Virus record (IMG/VR): IMGVR_UViG_3300043446_005562
Span: 62,001 to 126,000 of that record
Reading direction: 5' to 3' (one strand)
Length of the DNA stretch: 64,000 bases
Part shown: positions 34,050-43,604 of the stretch, in pieces
How positions within the stretch are numbered: position 1 is the first letter of the stretch
Layout: every line of letters begins with the position of its first letter
Translations under genes and position numbers: made by a program
Notes under the pieces: generated by a model
The model's input: only the letters and a program-made list of their open reading frames with translations
Database searches by the model: none
What the model was told of the DNA's origin: nothing

Positions 34050-36884
34050 TTATGGACATGCTTGAAAATCCATCACCGTACCGTCATCATAAATTTGGAT
34101 AACTCCGGTCGATATTCTAAACCATTGTGAATTACCTACAAAGCCAGAGGTTGGTGGATAATCGACTGTAACTGTATCACCAATTGTTGGATAGATGCCC
34201 ATTCCTGTGTGATAGAGTAGAGTATCGATTGTAAAGCTGCATGCTGGGTTAGGAACCGGGCTTCCAGCACTAGAAATCATGAAGGAGCCGGCTGCTAGCG
34301 TTGTAGTAGTCGTTGTTGCAGCCGCCGTTGTAGTAGTCGTTGTCGGAGCCGCAGTTGTTGTAGTCGTTGTCGGAGCCGCAGTTGTTGTAGTCGTAGTTGG
34401 AGCAGCTGTTGTGGTTGTTGTAGTTAAGCACGGACCGGCACTCATACAATCACCAAAAATTGCACCGCTTATTGTTGCAGCCGGCGTAGTTGGGAAAGTT
34501 GTTGCGAAATTAGTATAAACATATCCGTCATCTCCTAACGCATAATCACTAGGAGTTAGCCACATTAAGCTGCTAACAATTACCCCAATTCCAGTTTGAG
34601 TACATGTTCCGCATTCTAATTGATCAGCCGTGTAAATGTATATTACTGCGCCAGTCGTAGTTGTTGTAGTTGGAGCCTCAGTCGTAGTTGTTGTAGTTGG
34701 AGCCTCAGTCGTAGTTGTTGTAGTTGGAGCCGCAGTTGTTGTAGTTGTTGCTGGTGCATTGGTTGTTGTAGTGGTAGTTCCGCTACATGGAATTGATACG
34801 CCAGTTGCAGCATCATAGCATTGTTCACAAGCACCTTTGGAAATATTGATTATACTGGTTGTAAAGTCGCCTATTGTAAAACCTATTGGCGAGTGAGCTA
34901 ACACTACTCCAAGAGTTGATGAATTTCCATCATTAACTGATAATGAGAAACCTTCATTGTTTATGATATTAATGTTGGAACCGTCGGACGATACTAGTAC
35001 ATCATACACTGGACAAGTTGTGGTTGTCGTTGTCGGAGCCCCAGTTGTTGTAGTTGTAGTTGGAGCCTCAGTTGTTGTAGTTGTAGTTGGAGCCTCAGTT
35101 GTTGTAGTCGTAGTTGGAGCCTCAGTTGTTGTAGTCGTTGTCGGAGCCGCAGTTGTAGTCGTAGTTGGAGCAGCGGTAGTTGTAGTCGTAGTTGGAGCTG
35201 CCGTTGTAGTAGTTGTGGTAGGAGCAGCAGTCGTCGTTGTAGTCGTAGGCGCGGCTGTTGTGGTTGTCGTAGCAGCAGTTGTGGTTGTTGTGGTTTCACC
35301 TTGAATAGGCACAGTCACAGTATATTCGCAAACTCCTTTGGAGAATGTGTAAACCCCTACCACATTTGGAATTCCTGCAAAAATTGGATTTGCAACATTG
35401 AAGGTCCAAGGTAGAGTTACGTATTCACCAATTATACCGGTTAAATCGTGAGAATCATTACTTTGATCAACGAACGTAATTGTGTATGGCCCGCTTGGGG
35501 TTCCGCTGAATGTTATGCTAGTCGGCAAAGCTCCATCTCCTGGAGAATAGGCTAGTCCATTTGGCGCGCACGTTGTTGTAGTAGTTACGCCTGAGGTTGT
35601 AGTTGTTGTGGTTGCCGCTGTCGTTGTAGTTGTTGTTCCAACCAATTCCGGTATCAAATAGAATGGGCTAAACGAAGTAACTTGCGCATAAATTGATCTG
35701 GTTGCATAGTTTGGAACGTATACATCACCGGCGATATCCCCAGCCTCGATGGTCTCATCCGTTAAGACTCCGCTAACTTCATGAAATATTCTGACTAGAT
35801 CAAATTCTGCTTCGCTGATGCTTTGCGGTAGGGTAAATTTAACTATTGTACCGTTGGGCATGACAGAATTCCAATCGGTTATGCTAAATGCATAAATTGA
35901 ATTTTGTAGATAGAATCCAGCAGGCAATGAATCTCCGTTAGTATTATCGATTGGATTTGGCATTTTACAGATTGTAACTGGGCTTGCCTCAGTTGGGGTA
36001 CCGATTAGCTGAATGCCAAAATTAAAATTAGTTGAGCTTCCGCTTACAATATGGGTATTACATGAATATCCGGCTTGCGAGCAGTATGGATCCTCTGTGA
36101 AGTAGTGTAGTAGTAGTTTATCGCCCGTATCTAAATTAAAACCAGCAACACTAGGATTCCAATAGAGTTGACAAGTCGAATCCGCTTCATTAAAGGTTAC
36201 GGCGGTTGTGCCGCCATCACTGCTTAAATAGGCGGGCGCAGTAATATCCCCATCGCCAACTGGAATTAATTGACCGTTCACAAATAGCATGAACGCAGTT
36301 GAAGCCAACGGAGCTGGCACCAAAAATATTCCATTTTCGGATGCATTTGTGTTGTTTGTGGAAACCGCATCGGCTGTTGCCTGCATCACAACTTCTTGCA
36401 TGCACTTTGCGCCAGAGCCTCCGCCCGACAACAGGGTCCAGCCAGTTGATGTCAACCAGACGTAGACACCCTCAACGTAATTTCCTTGAGCCGCAATATA
36501 GACAATTTCACCAGGAACTCCAGTCGTTGGTAATTCGCCAAACACCCTGAGTCTTAATCTCAATATCTCAGCAACATCCTCTGCAATAAAATTCTTTGCA
36601 GTAACAGTTCCGCTTGGGGACAAGTTGATTACGGTTGGATAGACTGAATTGACCAGCTGTGTTCCGTATACTGAGAGACCTTGTCTTACTTTTACCAGAT
36701 CAGCAGATACTGTATTAATATCAACAGTAACCGCTGAGGTTCCCTGATTATAATTTATTGATGATAGAAATTCTTTGATAGCAGAGGTAATTTCTCCAAA
36801 GTTAAAATTGGAGAGCTCAACAACGGATGTTGTGCTGGAATTTGATAGTTTTTTGACCGCTGTTAATTTTACCTGTACTGACAT
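34050..36884 (-). CDS. Mucin-like Thr-rich virion protein
   Basis: 944 aa; four poly-Thr tracts (TTTTTAAP / TTTTTTEAP) separated by small Cys-containing domains. Confidence 0.75.
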   Translation of the reverse strand: MSVQVKLTAVKKLSNSSTTSVVELSNFNFGEITSAIKEFLSSINYNQGTSAVTVDINTVSADLVKVRQGLSVYGTQLVNSVYPTVINLSPSGTVTAKNFIAEDVAEILRLRLRVFGELPTTGVPGEIVYIAAQGNYVEGVYVWLTSTGWTLLSGGGSGAKCMQEVVMQATADAVSTNNTNASENGIFLVPAPLASTAFMLFVNGQLIPVGDGDITAPAYLSSDGGTTAVTFNEADSTCQLYWNPSVAGFNLDTGDKLLLHYFTEDPYCSQAGYSCNTHIVSGSSTNFNFGIQLIGTPTEASPVTICKMPNPIDNTNGDSLPAGFYLQNSIYAFSITDWNSVMPNGTIVKFTLPQSISEAEFDLVRIFHEVSGVLTDETIEAGDIAGDVYVPNYATRSIYAQVTSFSPFYLIPELVGTTTTTTAATTTTTTSGVTTTTTCAPNGLAYSPGDGALPTSITFSGTPSGPYTITFVDQSNDSHDLTGIIGEYVTLPWTFNVANPIFAGIPNVVGVYTFSKGVCEYTVTVPIQGETTTTTTAATTTTTAAPTTTTTTAAPTTTTTTAAPTTTTTTAAPTTTTTAAPTTTTTTEAPTTTTTTEAPTTTTTTEAPTTTTTTGAPTTTTTTCPVYDVLVSSDGSNINIINNEGFSLSVNDGNSSTLGVVLAHSPIGFTIGDFTTSIINISKGACEQCYDAATGVSIPCSGTTTTTTNAPATTTTTAAPTTTTTTEAPTTTTTTEAPTTTTTTGAVIYIYTADQLECGTCTQTGIGVIVSSLMWLTPSDYALGDDGYVYTNFATTFPTTPAATISGAIFGDCMSAGPCLTTTTTTAAPTTTTTTAAPTTTTTTAAPTTTTTTAAATTTTTTLAAGSFMISSAGSPVPNPACSFTIDTLLYHTGMGIYPTIGDTVTVDYPPTSGFVGNSQWFRISTGVIQIYDDGTVMDFQACP
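34300..35640 (-). repeat. Four Thr-rich tracts (T5-6-A/E-A-P units, 24-27 nt)
   Basis: About 34300-34425, 34655-34775, 35020-35295 and 35575-35640. Confidence 0.85.
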
Positions 36885-36915
36885 TTAGAATTTGGAATAT
36901 TTCTTTCTTTATTTA

Positions 36916-38265
36916 TTACTTTTGATCCAGGTTGTCAGATCTTAGTTCTTTTAAAAATTCTGTTTTTGAATCAACTTTGCAGTTGAAACCGACTGTGCCT
37001 GAGCTAATTATGCATTCATTAAGATCTCCATAAATTACAACGCCTGGCTCGTTTTTAATGTAACTTAGATCAAGCCGATTGTTGCCGTCCCTTTCAAATG
37101 AGCAGTGTTTTAAGTATGAGTATCTAATATCGTTGCCTGTAATTATTTTAGACTCCTTAATTCTTGAAGATCTTATTTTGCAGCCATAGAGCACACAGTC
37201 TTGGATTTCGCCTTCAATTGAACAATTTATAAAATCAATTCCATGAATTGAAAAACCCTCTTTTAATTTTACGTCTTTTAGCTGAACTCTATTTGAAGAG
37301 GTGTCGTAATTAAAAATTCCCTTTTTAAGATTACCGGTAGTAATGAGTTCAAATAATTTTTCTTTAAATGCTTGATAGTTTGACTCAACAATCCGTGGAT
37401 CATTTCGTAAATCAACATAGAGTTCAATTTCAGGATACGCCTTTATAAAACTCTCATAGGTTTTTACTGAGTCCAGTAGGGTTTTATGACGCGTTAAAAT
37501 TTCAGAAATTCTGCGAGTTTCATTAACCGAATAGGAATTATTTTCGCTTAGCGTCTCGTATAGGCTCTCTGCCATGTAATTAATAAGTTCAACTGCATCT
37601 TTCTTTTTGGTCTCATAACCTGTGCCGCCAGCATATCTAACTTCAAGATAGTTATTTGATAGCTTGGTGAAATTTAGACCAAAATACTTTGCATGTGGCA
37701 GTTTAAAATCTAGAGGACTTGCTGGATAGGCATAGTTTAGACCAGTCTCAGCAATAAATTTATTCTTTGGATAGATATTTAGCACCGAGTTCTTGTAAAT
37801 CTTCTGCATTCTAGATTTAGCAGAAGGCCACATTTCAAAAATTTTGGCCTCATTTAGGTTAAGAATGTACTTGAAAACATTCAAATTCTGTAATCTATCC
37901 CTTAATCCAAGGTCAAGTTCATTGAATGAGATATTGACGTGGATTCCCGTTCTTTCGCTTGTGAAACCGTGCTCATTTATAAAATTAAAAACTTTAAAAA
38001 GCACATGAACCGCCTCATTATACGGCATCACTCCAGTAACAAGCTCATTCATTTTGAATCCGCCTGAAAAATCTGGCTCAATCTTGAAATCGTTTTCTGC
38101 AACTGGCATCGATGAATGATAACGATCTGTCCAGTGTACGTTCTTTTTTAATACCTTTGACAATTTCTCAGAGAGCTCCTTTCTGCTTAACGGCGAAAAG
38201 AATTCAAATTCAAAACCTAGATTTACGTTATCGAACAGGTACTTTTTATTAATATCTTTATACAT
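36916..38265 (-). CDS. Putative amidoligase (COOH-NH2 ligase type 2)
   Basis: GFEFEF, EPDFS, NELVT, TGIHVNIS, KYFGLNF and LEVRYAGG motifs. Confidence 0.75.
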   Translation of the reverse strand: MYKDINKKYLFDNVNLGFEFEFFSPLSRKELSEKLSKVLKKNVHWTDRYHSSMPVAENDFKIEPDFSGGFKMNELVTGVMPYNEAVHVLFKVFNFINEHGFTSERTGIHVNISFNELDLGLRDRLQNLNVFKYILNLNEAKIFEMWPSAKSRMQKIYKNSVLNIYPKNKFIAETGLNYAYPASPLDFKLPHAKYFGLNFTKLSNNYLEVRYAGGTGYETKKKDAVELINYMAESLYETLSENNSYSVNETRRISEILTRHKTLLDSVKTYESFIKAYPEIELYVDLRNDPRIVESNYQAFKEKLFELITTGNLKKGIFNYDTSSNRVQLKDVKLKEGFSIHGIDFINCSIEGEIQDCVLYGCKIRSSRIKESKIITGNDIRYSYLKHCSFERDGNNRLDLSYIKNEPGVVIYGDLNECIISSGTVGFNCKVDSKTEFLKELRSDNLDQK

Positions 38266-38283
38266 AGAGTTATTTATTAAAAT

Positions 38284-40356
38284 TTATCGGTTTATTGCAA
38301 TGAACGGCACATTTAGACGAGGTCTGGCATTGTCAATGATTGAGAGGGTAGATTCATCCCTAATGAACAATTGACTCACTACAAATTCATGATCCTCGCT
38401 CTGAATCATAGTGTTAAATAGTCTGATATTTGCAATTAGATAATTTGCGCTAGGTACACACCAGGTAGCAGTTGTTTCAAAACTAAATGCGCCTGGCTTA
38501 ATCACATTGGACTGGTATACGGTTTCAAGCTTATTAAAATTCTTGATATTGGCAGGATCCTGTCTTAGCTGATAAAGATTAATCTCAAATTGGCCAAATT
38601 CGCTTGAAATTGGAATAATTAGCGGATACCATCTAAAATACTCAATGTTACCGGCTGAGTAGGTGTATTCTTGTGAATTTATTGTGATCTTAATACTTAG
38701 ATTTGGTGTACCAGAAAGATCCTGGACAATAGCCTGGATGATTAAACCTTTCTGATCATAGTCATCATAACCTCTGAATATCGTCACATCCTGGCTGCCC
38801 CTATTAAAATTAATTAGTGCAGCAAAGGTCATATTTGGAGTCTCAACCGTTGAGGCTGACTTTTTATAGACGATTGCATTCTCAGCCTGTTTGAAATTAA
38901 CTATGCCCGAGCCGGTCGTGGTTTCCAAAATGGGTCGTTTTTCGCCAGTTTTGAAACCCAAAGTTTTATAGCCTTCAACTATTACGTATTTGCCCTTGGC
39001 TCCAAAAGAATCCTTTGGGCCATTCATTTTTATTCTGGCCTTGTTGGCATTTAGGTCAGCCACATTAATATCGCCAGTCACCAACTGATTTTGGCGCCAG
39101 GTTTTAAAAATTTCACTGTCCTCATAGGCATAGATCTCATTGTCTGGTGAAAATTCCTGAGTGGTCGGTAGAGCATTTGAAACCAGAGTATAGGAATTTA
39201 TTTTATGATTGATTGCGCTTAGGTCGTAATAGTATTCAATTAACGGTGCATAATTGAATGTGATATCCAAAATTTTATTTTTGATATCCGGATGAATGGT
39301 CCGACGTGACTCATCGAATCTCGTTGAAATTGTTGAAAACTGCTGTTTATCAAGAGCATCGGCAGTTTGAACCCTGGCCTCAGCTCCAAATAATTCTTTG
39401 GATGATGTGATGATATTATCTAGGAAAGTTCGGTCAGCTGCTTTCATCAACATATCGATGTTGGGATGGAATTTAGTCAATTGAATTTTCCAATAGATTG
39501 GCTCCATCATAAAACCTCTATAGAGATAAGAGCCCTGAATTTCGTACATACGATTGACCAATGGAAAGAAGAGATAGTCTCTCTTTCTGGGCTGGGAGCC
39601 TTTGCCGAAAATCATCTGAAAATAGCTGTGATCTATGTGAATTTCAAATGGAACCTCAAAATCAACTCCAAATTCTGTAAAATTGGGCTTGTTATCCGGA
39701 AATTTATTGTCTGGCACCATTATCTTGATGCACTTACGTTCGGTTGTTTTAAAAAGAGTCCACTCCTTAAAAATGAAGTCGGCGCCGTCCCGGTCGGGTT
39801 CAGTTTTAAAATAGACAACCTCATGCCCGAATATCTTATTGGTTTGTAGACTTAATTCCTTGGCAATACCGGTTGCTGTGCCAACTTCATAGGGTCTGAA
39901 AGTTGATTCGCGTTCAGCAATTATGGCTGGGCAGCGTTCGTCTGAACAAAATACGCTTGGCGTAAAAAGATCAGCCTGAGGCTGCGCGCTCTTTACTCTA
40001 ATCTTGACTTCATTTATTTTTAGTTCGGTTGAGAGAGCCTCGTATGTTGAATCATCGTACTCGTATTTTACCTCAAAAAATACTGATTTTTGACCAAATT
40101 CCAGATCTGTTAAATTTGTTAGGTCGTCTGGTGTAAAATTGTACCACAATGACCAGTTTGCACGGTCGTTGGAGTATCTTAACTTTCGGATTATGTAACC
40201 TGAATTTGCAGAGCCCAGGGTCAAATCTTCGTCAAACCCGGTAATCTCTACCGCTTTCTGCACGGGCTCGCCGGTCGAAAAAATTCGGTAGTTCTTAGAG
40301 AAGCTTATTGAATTTTTTGACTGATCTGTGATAATTTTATAGGCTACTACTTGCAT
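38284..40356 (-). CDS. Neck/head-closure protein (T4 gp14-like) with N- and C-terminal extensions
   Basis: FGHEVVYF...FGVDF...PRKRDYLFFPLVNRMYEI core; start moved to ATG 40356 because a GATAAATAA motif lies at 40373-40381. Confidence 0.65.
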   Translation of the reverse strand: MQVVAYKIITDQSKNSISFSKNYRIFSTGEPVQKAVEITGFDEDLTLGSANSGYIIRKLRYSNDRANWSLWYNFTPDDLTNLTDLEFGQKSVFFEVKYEYDDSTYEALSTELKINEVKIRVKSAQPQADLFTPSVFCSDERCPAIIAERESTFRPYEVGTATGIAKELSLQTNKIFGHEVVYFKTEPDRDGADFIFKEWTLFKTTERKCIKIMVPDNKFPDNKPNFTEFGVDFEVPFEIHIDHSYFQMIFGKGSQPRKRDYLFFPLVNRMYEIQGSYLYRGFMMEPIYWKIQLTKFHPNIDMLMKAADRTFLDNIITSSKELFGAEARVQTADALDKQQFSTISTRFDESRRTIHPDIKNKILDITFNYAPLIEYYYDLSAINHKINSYTLVSNALPTTQEFSPDNEIYAYEDSEIFKTWRQNQLVTGDINVADLNANKARIKMNGPKDSFGAKGKYVIVEGYKTLGFKTGEKRPILETTTGSGIVNFKQAENAIVYKKSASTVETPNMTFAALINFNRGSQDVTIFRGYDDYDQKGLIIQAIVQDLSGTPNLSIKITINSQEYTYSAGNIEYFRWYPLIIPISSEFGQFEINLYQLRQDPANIKNFNKLETVYQSNVIKPGAFSFETTATWCVPSANYLIANIRLFNTMIQSEDHEFVVSQLFIRDESTLSIIDNARPRLNVPFIAINR

Positions 40357-40433
40357 TAAACCCTTCTTTTTGTTATTTATCCGATTGTTGCCGGCTTTAC
40401 TCCGCAAATAAATAACAAGAAACGGGTTAGCTT

Positions 40434-41231
40434 ATGAAATCTCTTAACCCCAACCAGGTACTAGATCCAACTTGGATCTGCCAAGCCTACAAAGTTGACT
40501 TGGAATACTACACGTATCTCCTACTTGGAGCTCAACAAACCTATCTTAAAAATCTAGAATTAGGCAGGTTTGACTACTTTTATGAAATTGCATTTCACTA
40601 TCTAAATCTAAATACAATTATTGCGGATAGCAAAATGTACGACGCTGGCCTCAAACCAGTTACCACAGACCAAAATTTATTGCTGTTGATTGCGCAGCTT
40701 GCGGACAAAGAAAATAGTCAGGGTAAGGACATCATCAGGCAGACTTCCAAGATTTTGGCCGACACCATGAATCAATACTTGGAGAAGCAGATCATTAGCT
40801 TAGACAAGATTCACTTCTATTTCAACAATAATTGGATTCACAAGCAGGATCTTATCTACTTTGTGTGTAAAACCATTGAACCTGATAATTACGAAATTGT
40901 TGAACTTGAACTGGCGTCTTCTCAAAATCTGGGCTATTCGGTAAAGACTGTTGCTGAGGTTAAATTACCAGACCTAAAGGAAAATCAATTTAAGAATCGA
41001 TTACTTGAAAAGCTGCCTAATCTGGAAAAATTTGACCCGGAAAAAAATGTGATGGTAATCGGTGGAGGCGTTAATATTGATCCAGTAAATAGAGTATGCC
41101 TTGCAAAGGACACTGTGCTATTAAACCGAATAATGAATCATCAACATGGTTTTGATGGAAATGTTCTATTGGATTTTCATAGGCTTTTAGAAAAACAAAA
41201 GAGTATTCCATTCAAATTAAAGATTGGTTGA
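40434..41231 (+). CDS. Hypothetical protein (isolated plus-strand gene)
   Basis: 265-aa ORF; AATAAATAA motif at 40407-40415; convergent with the next gene. Confidence 0.7.
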   Translation: MKSLNPNQVLDPTWICQAYKVDLEYYTYLLLGAQQTYLKNLELGRFDYFYEIAFHYLNLNTIIADSKMYDAGLKPVTTDQNLLLLIAQLADKENSQGKDIIRQTSKILADTMNQYLEKQIISLDKIHFYFNNNWIHKQDLIYFVCKTIEPDNYEIVELELASSQNLGYSVKTVAEVKLPDLKENQFKNRLLEKLPNLEKFDPEKNVMVIGGGVNIDPVNRVCLAKDTVLLNRIMNHQHGFDGNVLLDFHRLLEKQKSIPFKLKIG

Positions 41232-43604
41232 TTAGCCGGCTGGATCCTGTTGCGCGCCGCCGCCTGCATCTATTTGTTCAGCAATACTGCCTGAATAAAC
41301 GCTATTTGTAACTTGGTGATTGGTTAGATAGGTGCCGTTTATGACAACCCATGTTTTATTGGCCGCTGTGCTGCCTTGATCGTATTTCACAAAATCGTAA
41401 ATACTTACATAGCATGGAATTGATGAATTTATGCCGGTTGAGTCTTGACGAAAACCTCTTAGTATTAATTGTGGATAATTTACCTGATTTACGCCATAAT
41501 AGCTAAATTGCGCAAAGACTGAGCCTGGATCAATAGCCCGTGCCGTGAATTGTGAGCTCGTCCCGGCTCCAGTTCCGCCGAATTTGTAAGTCATTGGAAA
41601 TGATCTCATGCCAGGTCTCCAAGTTTGGCCATAAATATTTACGTTGAATTTGACATTATCAATGCTCCAAGGCCAATGATTTGGAATACCTCTAACGTTT
41701 ATGCCATAGGACTCATAACCATATCGGAACGGGTCCGTAGCAATATTACCAATGTTTTTAAGATCACCAGTTGTTAAATCGACTGCTGCATGACTTGCTG
41801 TTCCAAGTGTACCTAAATCATTTAATACCCAATCTGTGATTGAGAATATTAATTGAAAGGTCACAACCTTTCCGACTTTTGTGTAATAACCGGCCTCATC
41901 GCCAATTGTAGGCTGTGCATTCTTAAGACCAGTATTTGAGGTTGATGCTGGTGCAGGCAGTGTTGAATTTCCAGCAAACCGTATGACCGGGGTAAAGGTT
42001 CCTTCTTGATACTCGTCTAACACATTTGCGTCCGTGCTATTGGCAGTTGGTACGGTACTGGTTGAAACTGGGAATGGTACTGCGCTATTTAGTCTATTTG
42101 CTTTAATACGTAGCGCATAATCGCTTGTGCTAGACGTACCTGCTCCAAGAAATATCTCCTTTGCGGTATTTGGTGCAAGCAACATCAAGTTACCACCGCT
42201 TGCTCCACCGCTCTTTACGGTCATATCGCCATTTGAGCCAGTTCCAGTAGAGGTGATTATGAATGCTGTGTTTGAGGTAAGATCAGTATCGGTCAAAACT
42301 GCAGTCGATGAATTATTCTTGAGAGTTAGTGAAATTTGATCAAGTACAACATTATCGATTGAATTGCCTGAATCTGATTTAATTAGGATATTATTGGTTG
42401 AGTTTGCAACGTTATTTGGGTCAAAACCAATTCCAAATTTGTAGAGGCTGTCCCAATTAAAATGTAGCCCGTCAACCAACGCGCCAGTTATTTTTGAGTT
42501 AGCGTTTGAGCTGTTTTCAAGTATGCTATTGCTAAAACCAAATTTAAGAATTCTATTATTTGGCGGAGAAGACGTTGTTGCGCCAGCCGCTGTTTTCTTG
42601 TTTATGGTCCACGTGAATCTAGAGTTAAGAGCCGGTGTTGTTGTTGTGTCAGCCGAGTGCAGATTAAAATCCACGCGAATCACAGCTTTTCCTGGAATTG
42701 AAGTGTCAGATATTCTAAATTTGCGGACTCTTAGATTTTGATAGGTTGGGCTTATTACGTAATTTGCGGTACCTGAATTTGTTAAATGACCTTCTGCTAA
42801 ATCGTCAACTGATCCCAATTCAAGTTGATGACGGTGACCGGTTGCGCCGTTTAAATGATCAGCTTCGGTTGCTGCATTCGAGGCTTCATAATAAGAATAC
42901 AACGAGAGCAGTGAAGTGTATGGAAAGGCATCCTCATTTATGTCTAACGAAGGCAATGAGCCTAAACGATTGGTGCTTGGAGTTACAGCGTAACCATTGA
43001 TTGAGCTTGCGCCAGAGACTATATTTTTTGCAGTATTTGGATCAAAATTAAAGAGAACTGTTTGAGAGTTTTGAGCAGTTCCGCCTGAAATTATCCAGTT
43101 GGGTGCATTTGTTGTATAGGCTCCCTGCGTACCGGCTGTTGTAATTCTATCAATTCCTCTAGAATTTTTAATTGGAATTAGAATCTTTGAAATCGCGGAG
43201 GCATTGATACCTAACTGCCAAGTAGAACTGCCAGCTAATGAGATAGAGTTAAAAATATCGTAAAAGTCGGTAATAACATCCCAGCCGCTTGAGCCGCTTG
43301 CAGTTTTCTTGTAAATCTTATCGTCTGTTATAAAATAATCCCCAATCACGGCGCTAGTTACAGCACCGGATGTAATTGTTACGCCTGTCGTTAGGGCAGT
43401 ATCTGAATATATTTGTGGGCCAGCCTCACCCTGAGGTCCGATTGGGCCCTGTGGACCAGCTGCGCCAGTTGAACCGGTTGCACCGGCTGGACCAGGTTCG
43501 CCAAAGCCTAACGCAAGGAGCTGGTTAAAATTAAAATTAAGTTTGCTGGCTAAGTCGGCCGGATTGTCTACCGAGAAGACTTCTTTTAGATTAATGTTTA
43601 TCAT
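41232..43604 (-). CDS. Tail fibre-like protein with a short Pro-containing collagen segment
   Basis: 790 aa; 10 GXY triplets GEPGPA...GPQ (43413-43502); LDEYQEGTFTP...GYYTKVGKVV motif typical of fibre distal domains. Confidence 0.7.
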   Translation of the reverse strand: MININLKEVFSVDNPADLASKLNFNFNQLLALGFGEPGPAGATGSTGAAGPQGPIGPQGEAGPQIYSDTALTTGVTITSGAVTSAVIGDYFITDDKIYKKTASGSSGWDVITDFYDIFNSISLAGSSTWQLGINASAISKILIPIKNSRGIDRITTAGTQGAYTTNAPNWIISGGTAQNSQTVLFNFDPNTAKNIVSGASSINGYAVTPSTNRLGSLPSLDINEDAFPYTSLLSLYSYYEASNAATEADHLNGATGHRHQLELGSVDDLAEGHLTNSGTANYVISPTYQNLRVRKFRISDTSIPGKAVIRVDFNLHSADTTTTPALNSRFTWTINKKTAAGATTSSPPNNRILKFGFSNSILENSSNANSKITGALVDGLHFNWDSLYKFGIGFDPNNVANSTNNILIKSDSGNSIDNVVLDQISLTLKNNSSTAVLTDTDLTSNTAFIITSTGTGSNGDMTVKSGGASGGNLMLLAPNTAKEIFLGAGTSSTSDYALRIKANRLNSAVPFPVSTSTVPTANSTDANVLDEYQEGTFTPVIRFAGNSTLPAPASTSNTGLKNAQPTIGDEAGYYTKVGKVVTFQLIFSITDWVLNDLGTLGTASHAAVDLTTGDLKNIGNIATDPFRYGYESYGINVRGIPNHWPWSIDNVKFNVNIYGQTWRPGMRSFPMTYKFGGTGAGTSSQFTARAIDPGSVFAQFSYYGVNQVNYPQLILRGFRQDSTGINSSIPCYVSIYDFVKYDQGSTAANKTWVVINGTYLTNHQVTNSVYSGSIAEQIDAGGGAQQDPAG

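Noticed and set aside
34279-35304. Val-rich plus-strand ORFs (VVVVVGA) that look like membrane proteins
   Set aside because: Antisense reading of the poly-Thr codons.
35690-35900. Possible HFS-type autoproteolysis motif (VTSFSPF) in the mucin-like protein
   Set aside because: The catalytic His of HFS/GPS motifs is missing (SFS), so the evidence is too weak.
40357-40407. TTG-initiated N-terminal extensions given by the ORF track for 38284-40407 and 55671-56855
   Set aside because: The extensions overlap the putative late promoter motifs and translate to N/K-rich junk. The downstream ATGs (40356, 56819) are more plausible.
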